Shown here piece by piece: positions 1-9,131 of a stretch of 64,000 nt of DNA. The notes beneath the pieces are model-generated. The model saw only the letters and a list, made by a program, of their open reading frames with translations, was not told where the DNA came from and did no database searches. A program made the translations under genes and the position numbers. Within the stretch, counting starts at the first letter, position 1, and each line of letters starts with the position of its first letter. This stretch comes from Nitrososphaerota archaeon (lineage in GTDB: Archaea; Thermoproteota; Nitrososphaeria_A; Caldarchaeales; Wolframiiraptoraceae): assembly GCA_021159365.1 (NCBI GenBank), contig JAGGRY010000001.1, positions 7,543 to 71,542 on the forward strand, in the 5' to 3' direction.

Positions 1-2
1 CG

Positions 3-1100
3 AGACTCCATAGAGAATATAAATTCGGTGGAATCGAGTTTAGGGAAGCGATTGATAGACTTAGAGATGCAATCGCCTTGGCGAAAGATTACGGATTCGA
101 GTATAGGAGGGCGACGGTCGAAGATGCTTCGAGATTCTACTTTGAGGAAAATGGATTTAGGAAATTACTTCAGATAATTGAAGAGCTTAAAGCTGAAGGA
201 GCAACGATTATAAGCGTTCCAGATACCAGCGGAATTCTAACACCTCTTCAGGTGAGAAAATTTTTCGGGAGACTTAAGGAACTCTGCGACATTCCCCTCT
301 CAGCCCACTTTCATAATGATTATGGCCATGCCTCAGCGAACACGATTGAAGCCGCTTTGATAGGAGTGGAAGAGCTTCAAACATCAATTCTTGGAATAGG
401 GGATAGAAATGGGATAGCGGATCTGTATGAAGTTGCTGCTCCACTCATCGACATTCATGGATTCAAGTTCAGGCTTAGAAGGGATTTCCTCCGAGAACTG
501 TATCAAAGATTCAGCAAACTTACTGGGATAAAGATGCCGTTTAGGCATCCGCTTAGTGATGAGGCGAAGACCATTAGGGCAGGAGTCCATCAATCCATGG
601 CGGTTAAAGCTCCACAAGGATATATTCCAGCGGGAAAACTGAAACACGATTTTACCAAGATCTTCTTCGAGGTTACGCCATTTCTCAGTAAAAGGGTAGT
701 GGAGAAAATTCTTAGAACCAAAATCAATCCAAGTGTTTTAAGGATGATCTCGGAGAAATTGGCTGAGAAAGCTTCAGAGCATGGAGGATCCTTAGATCCA
801 AAACACGTCAAGGACATCTTAGAGAGCTTTGGATTCAAAGTTAATGAAGAAGCTCTTGGAAGCTTATTAAAGCCCGAAAAGGCCTATATTCTTCTAAACT
901 TAGATCCAAGATATCCTGTCAAGATGATGATCGATGAAATCATTGGGTGGGAAGATATTGAAGAGGTCAATGAGGTTTATGGGGATGCCGACCTAGTTAT
1001 AGTCGCGAAGATTGATCGAACAAAACAGAATGTTGTCGAGAGGATCAGAAAGGAGTTTAGAGAGGCCATAACTGGGATGCGTGTCTTAATAACGGATTAG
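3..1100 (+). CDS. Homocitrate/2-isopropylmalate synthase family protein with C-terminal RAM (Lrp/AsnC) domain; 5'-truncated by the window edge
   Basis: Frame open from position 3. DRE-TIM motifs VPDTSG, HFHNDYG, GIGDRNG. C-terminal AYILL...EVNEVYGDADLVIVAK is RAM-like. Confidence 0.8.
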   Translation, partial: RLHREYKFGGIEFREAIDRLRDAIALAKDYGFEYRRATVEDASRFYFEENGFRKLLQIIEELKAEGATIISVPDTSGILTPLQVRKFFGRLKELCDIPLSAHFHNDYGHASANTIEAALIGVEELQTSILGIGDRNGIADLYEVAAPLIDIHGFKFRLRRDFLRELYQRFSKLTGIKMPFRHPLSDEAKTIRAGVHQSMAVKAPQGYIPAGKLKHDFTKIFFEVTPFLSKRVVEKILRTKINPSVLRMISEKLAEKASEHGGSLDPKHVKDILESFGFKVNEEALGSLLKPEKAYILLNLDPRYPVKMMIDEIIGWEDIEEVNEVYGDADLVIVAKIDRTKQNVVERIRKEFREAITGMRVLITD

Positions 1101-1714
1101 ATTCCCAGCTCGGTTAAGATCTTCTCCAAGATCTCTCTAATACCATAATTAACCGCAACTTTTCTCAAGTACTCTCTGTCAAGAGAACTCCTATTCACGT
1201 ATAGAACTTTAGCCGCGAGTTCGATGTGCGATATCTTGCCTAATAGAAGTAGATATATGATGTAGTCTTCGACGGATAACAGGTTAATATCATGTCTCTT
1301 ATTCAACCTCTCGATGAGCTCATCGCTCCAGTTAAGCGGCTTGGGTCTAGAGAATAAATGGATCGATCTATTGTCTTGGAGATCTAAGAGTATGTTTTCA
1401 TCGTTTGAGGAAAGTTTCGTGAAACCTTCATCTGAGAGCTTTTGAAAGAGCTCTGCGAAGTTCTCGACCTTAACTGCGAAGGAAATGTCTCTGAAGATGT
1501 GAGGAACTCCATACAGCGGGAGGACTCTAAGCCCATAGAGAACATAGGTTAGATTGAGCCTCGATAGGATATCTGAGAGGCGAATAATAGATGGTTCGAG
1601 AACATCAAACCAAGGTGACTTCTCCCTAAGGTAGGCTAATGCATCTCCTCCGACAGAGTCCATCTCCCTAATTATCCTCTCATAATCTCGCCGCGAGAGC
1701 ATTATGGAAATCAT
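1097..1714 (-). CDS. Hypothetical protein, degenerate nucleotidyltransferase-like
   Basis: YVLYGLRVLPLYGVPHIFRDISF resembles the Pol-beta NTase 'IGG.A..YG.PR.T.DID' motif but lacks GG and DxD. Confidence 0.45.
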   Translation of the reverse strand: MISIMLSRRDYERIIREMDSVGGDALAYLREKSPWFDVLEPSIIRLSDILSRLNLTYVLYGLRVLPLYGVPHIFRDISFAVKVENFAELFQKLSDEGFTKLSSNDENILLDLQDNRSIHLFSRPKPLNWSDELIERLNKRHDINLLSVEDYIIYLLLLGKISHIELAAKVLYVNRSSLDREYLRKVAVNYGIREILEKILTELGI

Positions 1715-1742
1715 TCATCGAGTATTAGATTACTTTTTCCAT

Positions 1743-2522
1743 TCAAAAGAGGCTATAATATGAAGCTAGGAGGCTTATGTAGGAGAGGAGTAGAGCTATT
1801 GGTAGACTCTTCTCCCATCCTAATCCTCCAGAATACGTGAGACCTGCGGCGAGGATCACCAACTGGATTAGGTGAGCGATCACAAAGCCCGCTTGAAGGA
1901 TTGGTATCATAGAGAGCAGTTGGATTCCAATCTTCTCTAAGGCGAGAAGCATGAAGAGATAGACATCTATTGGTATATATGATATCATTGTCAAAGATAT
2001 AACCCCTAAGATCCACTCCCTTCCCTTACAGAATAGAGTTCCCGCGGCCATGAAATAGATCAAGGTTATACCCAAGCTTATCACCGTGCTTAAGATATCT
2101 CCTGGATTTGAGAATTTCAGGTATAGGATCGATGACTTGACTGGAAGAATGATTGACATCGACGCATAAGTTATCGCGGCTAAGATGCCTATTGGAAGAC
2201 AATACGCTGGAGATGCCGCCATCTTCTCAAAAAGGCTCAACGAAAATTTGCTGGAGTGTCCTTCATCCATCTCTCTTAACATCTTGGCCGCAACCTTCAT
2301 CCCGCTCTCACTCAACCTATATCTCCCTCTCCTAACTTGAACTATGAGAGGTTTCAAAAAGTCTAGGTGATAATAGAGGGTTCCATAGCTCACATTTAGC
2401 ATGAGCTTTAGCTGGGTTGCGGAAAGCTCTCCACGCGTGTATAGAAGTGAGATTATCTCCCTTCTGACCGGGCTCTTCAAGATTCCATAGATCTCGGCGC
2501 TTGACCTCCCGCCCAATTCCAC
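1743..2522 (-). CDS. ArsR-type winged-HTH regulator fused to a multi-pass membrane domain
   Basis: N-terminal LKSPVRREII...SYGTLYYHLDFL...GRYRLSESG followed by about 5 hydrophobic segments. Confidence 0.75.
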   Translation of the reverse strand: MELGGRSSAEIYGILKSPVRREIISLLYTRGELSATQLKLMLNVSYGTLYYHLDFLKPLIVQVRRGRYRLSESGMKVAAKMLREMDEGHSSKFSLSLFEKMAASPAYCLPIGILAAITYASMSIILPVKSSILYLKFSNPGDILSTVISLGITLIYFMAAGTLFCKGREWILGVISLTMISYIPIDVYLFMLLALEKIGIQLLSMIPILQAGFVIAHLIQLVILAAGLTYSGGLGWEKSLPIALLLSYISLLASYYSLF

Positions 2523-2564
2523 TCCTAAGAATTTAGATTTAATTAGTTAATGAATTATTGTTTT

Positions 2565-2599
2565 TCGAGATTTCTCGAGAAAGAAACGCTAATAGCGTT
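2565..2599. promoter_or_regulatory. Palindrome cluster in a divergent promoter (candidate operators)
   Basis: TCGAGA-TT-TCTCGA 2565-2578; TTTCTCGAGAAA 2571-2582; AACGCTA-A-TAGCGTT 2585-2599. Confidence 0.4.
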
Positions 2600-2621
2600 C
2601 TCTTTAGAGTAGTTGGATGCG

Positions 2622-4277
2622 ATGAAGATGGGAAGAATAATCACGGCAATCCTGTTCACGGCATTGCTTTTATCATCTATCATTGCGACCACGGCTTCAC
2701 CGCAGATCAAGCAGAAAATGAGTTCAAGCCTTTCTCAAATAAGCGGTTTCACAAATAGTCAGCCCAGCGTAGATAAGGTTGGAAGGGATAAGTTTAGGAA
2801 TAGAGCGAAGCAGGCGATAGATGAGGCATTGGAAGCAATAGCTGAAGCTAAAAAATTGCTGGATGAGGCAAAAGAATCCGGGCTATCTACATCGATGATG
2901 GAGGAACTACTGAATAGCGCTGAACAATTCTTAGAGAAGGCTAAACAATTTTTGGATGAAGCCCCTGAAAAAGCTCTCTCCATGGCCATGCACGCAAAAT
3001 CTCTCGCAAAGATGGTGATAAACGGAGTTAAGAAACTTTTGAGTCAAACGGCCCAAGTCCACGTGAATAAGACGTCCACGGAGTCGAGGTGTAAGAGATT
3101 TAGAGAAATGCTTGAGAATTTAACAAGCAGGACTCTAGCGCTTCGTTTAAGACTCTCAAACTTAACTAGAATGAATCTGGATGTGAGCAAGGCTCAGTCG
3201 GCGCTTAACCGAGCATTCAAGCTGATAAACGAGACCCTCTTATCCATTAATGCGGGCGAAATTCCAGCCGATATCGAAGAAATCCTAAAGAAAATTGAGA
3301 GCATCCTTGACGAAGTCGAGAGCGAAATCGAATCTATGCTTGAAACGACGTTGACGTTAACGACTCTTAAACCATCAATGACGCATACTCATATCGGAAA
3401 GACCAGCAAGACCGTTGGGAAATCAAGTAAAATTCACATCACTAAGGCTACTGTTTCTTTCAATACTACTAGAACCAAAAGAATTCCAGGATTGAATGCG
3501 ACTAAAATCCATGAGAAGGCTGAGACTGCGTTCAAGCAGTTGACGAAGATCAAAGAGATCAACATAACTGTGACCGCTGGGAGAGGAAAAATGGTTCAGA
3601 TCGAACATTACATGACTCTTAAGAGTGGAGCTGGAGGAGTATCGATGATGAAGGAGATCTTGATAACCGTTGGGAATAAAACAATCATAAAGATAAATAA
3701 GGAGCTCACCGCTGGAAATAAGTCGGTCACAAACGAGATAGTCATCGAGAAGAATCAAACAGTTATAGGAGCATTGATCAAGGTAGGGAAAAAGAACTCA
3801 TCTCAAGTAAAGCTTGATCTAAATCTAAGCGTGACCATGCTCGACGTGGAGAGGAATAGACTCAGGCTTAGAGTTGAAGCCCCGAATGGAACTTCTGGAA
3901 GAATAATCGTGATCCAAGTTGAGCCGGATGTAATAGATCTAAACATGATCAAGAAGTTTAAGGTGCTGGTTAATGGTAGTGAAGCAGTCTTAGCTTCGAG
4001 CATCCTAGACCTGGCCTCAGAGGTTTATCAAGAACCAGCATACGTCTTCGTGATCTCATCGAAGGGCGCCAGCATCCTCCTCTATATCCCTCACTTCAGC
4101 GGCTACACGGTAGAGATCTTGGGAGTAGTCGAGACCATTAAATCCATCTTAATAGATGCTTTAAGCAAGACTTTGACCAGAGATCTTCTAATAGTATCGA
4201 CGATCGCTGCAACCATAATAGCCTTCGCCATAGCCATAGGCCAAGTAAGGAGAAAAGAAAGAATCCAAAAAATTTAG
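2622..4277 (+). CDS. Secreted, C-terminally membrane-anchored surface protein of unknown function
   Basis: Signal peptide, helical region, T/S/K-rich linker, beta-rich domain ending YIPHFS, C-terminal TM plus basic tail. ATG 2622 preferred over TTG 2613. Confidence 0.75.
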   Translation: MKMGRIITAILFTALLLSSIIATTASPQIKQKMSSSLSQISGFTNSQPSVDKVGRDKFRNRAKQAIDEALEAIAEAKKLLDEAKESGLSTSMMEELLNSAEQFLEKAKQFLDEAPEKALSMAMHAKSLAKMVINGVKKLLSQTAQVHVNKTSTESRCKRFREMLENLTSRTLALRLRLSNLTRMNLDVSKAQSALNRAFKLINETLLSINAGEIPADIEEILKKIESILDEVESEIESMLETTLTLTTLKPSMTHTHIGKTSKTVGKSSKIHITKATVSFNTTRTKRIPGLNATKIHEKAETAFKQLTKIKEINITVTAGRGKMVQIEHYMTLKSGAGGVSMMKEILITVGNKTIIKINKELTAGNKSVTNEIVIEKNQTVIGALIKVGKKNSSQVKLDLNLSVTMLDVERNRLRLRVEAPNGTSGRIIVIQVEPDVIDLNMIKKFKVLVNGSEAVLASSILDLASEVYQEPAYVFVISSKGASILLYIPHFSGYTVEILGVVETIKSILIDALSKTLTRDLLIVSTIAATIIAFAIAIGQVRRKERIQKI

Positions 4278-4285
4278 AGAGAAAT

Positions 4286-4612
4286 GGCGGCGGCAGCCCC
4301 CGAGGAGTGGCAAGGGAGAAGAGGGCCGAGGCAGCGGAGAAGAGGATCCAACACGGATCCACACAGCGGCCCCGCCACGCCTTAGTGCCGCTCCCTCCCG
4401 GGCCTAACACGGTTCGGCGTGTGAGGAAACCGTTGCCCACCCCTACAGGTGGGTCGGCTTCCTACGGAGCCCCATGTGGGCGCGTCTTCATCCCTCTTCA
4501 TCCGCCGCTGTGCCCCCTCTCCACGAGCGCCTCCTCGGGTTACTGGCCCCCGCATGTAGCCCATTTCGGGTTACAGGGAAGGGCTAGCTCCCCGGCCCTA
4601 CCTGCCGCCGCC
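4286..4612 (-). ncRNA. ffs: Archaeal SRP (7S) RNA
   Basis: GC-rich island closed by terminal helix GGCGGCGGCAG/CTGCCGCCGCC. Alu motif CCCTGTAACCC. Helix 8 CCGTGTTAGGCCC-GGGA-GGGAGCGGC. TATA-like TTATAT about 25 nt upstream. Confidence 0.93.
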
Positions 4613-4747
4613 GTTAATGATTTCATTCGCCGAAGATATAACTCTTGTCAATTGTTTATCGAGTTTTTGCTCTCATTCCGGTTTTTCAACATCTTAGAGG
4701 AAAATAATGATTTTATGGGGGCTTCATGAACGTTCATCGAGATCCTT

Positions 4748-5608
4748 ATGATCATCGATACGATGCTCGACTTCTTAAATTATTGGAAAAATTATTCAGG
4801 TCTAGGTCTAGAGGAGATGTTTGATGGATGGCTCCGATCATATATGATCCGCTATCCTGAGCTTCTGGTCAAGCAGCTTGGCCATTGGGAGAGCTTAGAT
4901 AAGCTTAGGGAGGTTATGGTGAATAGAATCTTGCCGAGGCTGGATGGATGGATTCATGAGATAATTGAGGCCTGGATGAACATTAGAGCTGATGCGGAAA
5001 ACGTATTCTCTAGGGCGCGCATGTCCCTAAAAACCGATTTAGATCCTCTCGTGGTTCTGTATGTGGGATCTGGATGTGGCGCTGGCTGGGCGACGATCAT
5101 CTCAGATAAACCTGCGATTCTCTTAGGTCTTGAAAATATCGCTGATCTTGGATGGATCTCAGAGGAGAAGATTAGGGGATTGATAGCGCATGAATTCGGC
5201 CACCTATATCATATGAAGCTTAGAGGGGAATGGAGTAGGTTTGAGGAGCTTGAAAAAGATCCATACTTCCAGCTATATAGTGAGGGATTTGCCCAATATT
5301 GTGAACATCTGATAATGGGTTACAGATCTTGGCATGTTGCTATCGGGGAAGATTGGGTCGATAAATGTTCGAAGAAGATCAGAGACTTTGCTTCAAAATA
5401 TCTTGATAGCTCTAAGCGATCTGATGTCAGAGCGTTCTATGGATCTTGGCTTGATGTGTGGGGGATAAAACATGCAGGATACTTCTTAGGCCATGAATTG
5501 ATTAATAAGCTTGTGGTGGACAGAGGTCTTGAAGAGATTGCTCTTCTATCAGAAGGAGAAGTAAGAAAACTTGTAAAAGACTTCCTAGAAGAACTCTCTC
5601 GAATTTGA
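4748..5608 (+). CDS. Putative Zn-dependent protease (DUF2268-like)
   Basis: IAHEFGHLYH (HEXXH), SEGFA, GYFLG. Confidence 0.7.
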   Translation: MIIDTMLDFLNYWKNYSGLGLEEMFDGWLRSYMIRYPELLVKQLGHWESLDKLREVMVNRILPRLDGWIHEIIEAWMNIRADAENVFSRARMSLKTDLDPLVVLYVGSGCGAGWATIISDKPAILLGLENIADLGWISEEKIRGLIAHEFGHLYHMKLRGEWSRFEELEKDPYFQLYSEGFAQYCEHLIMGYRSWHVAIGEDWVDKCSKKIRDFASKYLDSSKRSDVRAFYGSWLDVWGIKHAGYFLGHELINKLVVDRGLEEIALLSEGEVRKLVKDFLEELSRI

Positions 5609-5715
5609 TTTTTCAAGCGACTTTCCCCTTCATATGAAATCCCAGCATAACCGTGTCTTCAAAGAAATTCATTTAAACTCTTTTGAATCGCTCCTTCAGT
5701 AGATGATTTTTGAAT

Positions 5716-5946
5716 TTAAGAGCCGAACTCCTCTAACCCCTTCCCTGGTTTCCAGAAGACCTCAACAGCTCCCATTCTCCTTAACAGCTGAAGAGCTCTA
5801 CGGGTAAAGTCTTTGGGATAGCCTAGATTCCGCGAGATCTCCTTCAGGGGTTTCGGCCCATTCCTCTTTAGGTAGATGAGTATTCTCATTTGTCTTGGAT
5901 CCCCAAGCCTTTCAGGAAACTTCTTGAACTTCCAAAGATAGGTCAA
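5716..5946 (-). CDS. Small winged-HTH protein
   Basis: RILIYLKRNGPKPLKEISRNLG...RRALQLLRRMGAVEV; TATA-like sequence about 26-30 nt upstream of the TTG. Confidence 0.7.
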   Translation of the reverse strand: MTYLWKFKKFPERLGDPRQMRILIYLKRNGPKPLKEISRNLGYPKDFTRRALQLLRRMGAVEVFWKPGKGLEEFGS

Positions 5947-6009
5947 GAACTCCCATGATGGTTCAACTGAATCATATATGAATCTTGGTGGAGTTGACCA
6001 CCATTGATA

Positions 6010-7152
6010 TTATTCGTGAACTTTTCTCCACATTTCTCTGGCAAGCTCCCCGTCATACATGTAAAGATGTAGTAGCTCTTTTGCTTCCTCTCTCCTGGCT
6101 CTATGTTCCTCGATGAACTTCAAGACTTTTTCGGTTAAGATGAGTTTCATCTCCCCGCTAAGGATCTTTCCAGCTCTATAATCTTCTTCAAGCTTCTTCA
6201 GCTTTCTGTCATCTGGTTCAAAGAAGAAGTAGAGCCATTGAAACGCCACATCTATCTCTGGATTCCCTCCAAGTTTTCGATGAAGCTCCGCCGTGGGTTG
6301 ACCTCCTGAATAAGCTTTCCAAATCTTCTTTCTAATACTCTTCTCATCTTCATGTAGATAGATCGCGGATTCAGGCTTACTTGCGCTCATCTTTCCGATG
6401 GGCCCTGTTAATGGTGGCAGGAACTTGCTATGAATCGCCGCAGTCTTATAGAATCCAAGGCTCTCCGCGATATCTCTCTGAATCCTCCAGTAGGGATCTT
6501 GGTCGATCGCGCATGGTATCAGGCACCGCTTTCTCTCGAAGAGTGATGGGACAACTTGAATCGCGGGGTAAAAGCTCATCCCGATGTTCGTTTGCATGTC
6601 AAATCCGAATACCGCTCTAACCCAGCTGAAATTTATCTTCCTAGCAACCTTTAGGGCGAGCGGATACATGTTCTTGATATATTCCGTGTCTTGGAAAATG
6701 AATGTCTTATCTGGATCGAATCCGACTGCAGCTATATCTAATGCGTTATCGCGTGCCCATTTCCTAGCCTCCTCGAGGGTTAGTCTCCTCTCTTCTTCGA
6801 GAAATTTCTCATCATCCGTGAGCTGGATGTAGACATTAACTTTAAACCTATCCTGAAGCCACTTTGTGAAATAGAAGGGTATTATGTGGCCTATGTGCAT
6901 AGGACCACTCGGCCCTCTTCCAGTATATAGGAAGAACCCCTTACCTGATTCCCAGTCATCCAATACTTTATCGAGATCTCTATGTGAAAAGAATATTCTC
7001 CTCGTTAGGAGGTGATGTTCTTCTCCAGCATCTTTTATAAGCCTATTGAGGAGCTCGTCATCTATTGGAGATGTTCCAAAATGCTCTATGAGCTTCGCAT
7101 AATCTACTTTTCCTTCAACCTTCCAAGGGGTTACAACGAATTCATCGTCCAT
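6010..7152 (-). CDS. trpS: Tryptophan--tRNA ligase
   Basis: YTGRGPS, HIGH, AIDQDPY, KMSAS. Confidence 0.97.
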   Translation of the reverse strand: MDDEFVVTPWKVEGKVDYAKLIEHFGTSPIDDELLNRLIKDAGEEHHLLTRRIFFSHRDLDKVLDDWESGKGFFLYTGRGPSGPMHIGHIIPFYFTKWLQDRFKVNVYIQLTDDEKFLEEERRLTLEEARKWARDNALDIAAVGFDPDKTFIFQDTEYIKNMYPLALKVARKINFSWVRAVFGFDMQTNIGMSFYPAIQVVPSLFERKRCLIPCAIDQDPYWRIQRDIAESLGFYKTAAIHSKFLPPLTGPIGKMSASKPESAIYLHEDEKSIRKKIWKAYSGGQPTAELHRKLGGNPEIDVAFQWLYFFFEPDDRKLKKLEEDYRAGKILSGEMKLILTEKVLKFIEEHRARREEAKELLHLYMYDGELAREMWRKVHE

Positions 7153-7267
7153 TTCCTAACATCTCCATTCATGGAGACTGGCGTTCAAGATGCTTAACAA
7201 GACGCTCCGATATATATCTAATCTAAATGGTCTTAAGGGAGCTCACGTAAAGATGTTTGGAGGATAA

Positions 7268-8158
7268 GTGAGTGAACTTGAGCGATTTAGGGAGGCTGGC
7301 TTAATCTCTAAGAAGGTCAAGGAAGAAGCATATAGGATCGTAAAGGAAGGGGCAAAGATCTTAGAGATCTGCGAAATCCTCGAGGATATCATCAGGAAAG
7401 AGGGAGCTGAACCCGCCTTTCCATGTAATATTGGAGTGAATGAAGTTGCCGCCCATTACACCGCAATCCCACGGGATGTCGCGATAATTCCTCCGAGGAG
7501 TATAGTGAAAGTGGATATAGGGGTCTCGCTGGATGGATATCTCGCGGACACAGCGATAACCATCGTTCTCGATCCCAAGCTTGAACCACTTGCAGAATCT
7601 ACTAAGATGGCCCTACATGAGGCTATTAAGGCGATTAAGCCTGGGACTTCGATCTCTAAGATAGGCTCGATTATCCATAAGACCATCACTGGGATGGGAT
7701 TTAAGCCCATTAGAAATTTGACAGGCCATGAGATAAAACGCTATAATCTTCATGCAGGATTATCCATTCCAAATGTTCCTATTAGGAGTGGTGAGAAGCT
7801 TAGGGAAGGCCACATCTATGCGATTGAGCCATTTGCCACCACCATAAGAGGAGCTGGCGAAGTCGTATCGATGAAGACCATGACGATATTCAGGATAGAT
7901 TCTGAAACAATATTCAGGAGAAAGCTTAAGGATGAGGAGTTTGAATTAGCTAAATTATTAGCTGAAAGGTTCGACAGTTTACCATATACTCCGAGGTGGA
8001 TAGATGGCTTCGATAGATTTAGAAAGATTCATGAAAGAATGGTCAAGATTGGAAAGATTCACGGCTATCCCGTCCTAGTCGAGAAGCTTGGAGAACCTGT
8101 CGCCCAATTTGAGCACACAGTCTATGTTAACTCTAACGGCTGCGAGATATTGACATAG
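7268..8158 (+). CDS. map: Methionine aminopeptidase, type II
   Basis: AFPCN, AAHYT, DIG...DTA, GHEI, AIEPF, QFEHT. Confidence 0.96.
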   Translation: MSELERFREAGLISKKVKEEAYRIVKEGAKILEICEILEDIIRKEGAEPAFPCNIGVNEVAAHYTAIPRDVAIIPPRSIVKVDIGVSLDGYLADTAITIVLDPKLEPLAESTKMALHEAIKAIKPGTSISKIGSIIHKTITGMGFKPIRNLTGHEIKRYNLHAGLSIPNVPIRSGEKLREGHIYAIEPFATTIRGAGEVVSMKTMTIFRIDSETIFRRKLKDEEFELAKLLAERFDSLPYTPRWIDGFDRFRKIHERMVKIGKIHGYPVLVEKLGEPVAQFEHTVYVNSNGCEILT

Positions 8159-8196
8159 AGAAAGGGCTAAATATGGTTAAACGAGGTTAAGTTAAG

Positions 8197-8526
8197 ATGA
8201 ATATAGATCTCTTGATGCTGCTAAGGGAGACGATATTCCTCTTACTTGCAATCCCTATGATAGTATTCAGCTTTAAATGTCTAATAGAGTTGAGGAGGAG
8301 AAAAATCGCCGCTTCAAGAATATTCTTGAAGGAAGAGGAAGTGTCGAGGGCGTTCAGAAACCTGTTCCTTGCCTCAATCTCCGCGTTCCCAGCATCGATA
8401 ACGCTCTTCCTCTGGAGCATCTTCAGACTAGAGTTACTTCGCTTAATTACGGCAATTCTATTCATAATATTCATAGCATTCATCCTCATCTCAAGTTACG
8501 AATTAAGAAAGGTGCTGACTAGATGA
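8197..8526 (+). CDS. Small 3-TM membrane protein
   Basis: Hydrophobic segments; SRIFLKEE loop. Confidence 0.6.
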   Translation: MNIDLLMLLRETIFLLLAIPMIVFSFKCLIELRRRKIAASRIFLKEEEVSRAFRNLFLASISAFPASITLFLWSIFRLELLRLITAILFIIFIAFILISSYELRKVLTR

Positions 8527-8873
8527 TCAAAATGGTGCTTAAACTCACCAGTGGGATCGGCGTTATTCTCTCATTCATCTTCCTCTTAACCTGCTATAAT
8601 CTATACAAAAACCTACGGAACCGTCCAATTTACTCTCTTGGAAGAATGTTCTTGAAAAAGGAAAGCATCTTAGCATTCATCTTGATGACCATCTGTTTCA
8701 TCATATTCGCGGCGGCGAGAATCATCTCCTATATGGTGATCTTATATGGAATAAGCGGGGCCGTCGAGATGAGGATAATAGCTACTATTAGAGCTCCTAT
8801 GGATCTGATTGGAGCAGTTCTTTTAATGACGTCTACCATGATGCTTTATTCAATAACCCGTAGGAGAGATTAG
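8523..8873 (+). CDS. Small 3-TM membrane protein, probable paralogue of the upstream gene
   Basis: Overlaps the upstream stop codon; GRMFLKKE loop. Confidence 0.6.
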   Translation: MIKMVLKLTSGIGVILSFIFLLTCYNLYKNLRNRPIYSLGRMFLKKESILAFILMTICFIIFAAARIISYMVILYGISGAVEMRIIATIRAPMDLIGAVLLMTSTMMLYSITRRRD

Positions 8874-9085
8874 AAAAGTTTCACTTTTTTCTTCTCTTTC
8901 TCTTCTTTAACGTAGATTCCGATTATCCTCATCTTATCGTGGCCGCATTTCGGACACTTCTCCTCAACTTCTTTAAACACGTAGTCTCCTTCCTTGAATG
9001 GCCTAGAATTTACCGTTCCACATTTTAAGCACTTCATATGGGTTAATGGGGTCGGGATCTTCTCAGCCTCCTTTCCTGGGATCAT
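8870..9085 (-). CDS. Small zinc-ribbon protein
   Basis: CLKC...RPFKEGDYVFK...CPKC...IIGIY. Confidence 0.8.
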   Translation of the reverse strand: MIPGKEAEKIPTPLTHMKCLKCGTVNSRPFKEGDYVFKEVEEKCPKCGHDKMRIIGIYVKEEKEKKKVKLF

Positions 9086-9131
9086 TCATCTCACATCCTA
9101 GAATTTTAGGATAGACTCGTCTAAATTAAAT

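Noticed and set aside
4138-4729. ORFs 4138-4440, 4307-4729 and 4382-4564
   Set aside because: Spurious frames across the GC-rich SRP RNA gene.
5716-6012. The wHTH ORF is in frame with trpS, 21 open and Trp-rich codons after its TAA (readthrough idea)
   Set aside because: Likely by chance; a TATA-like element about 26-30 nt before the TTG supports an independent leaderless gene.
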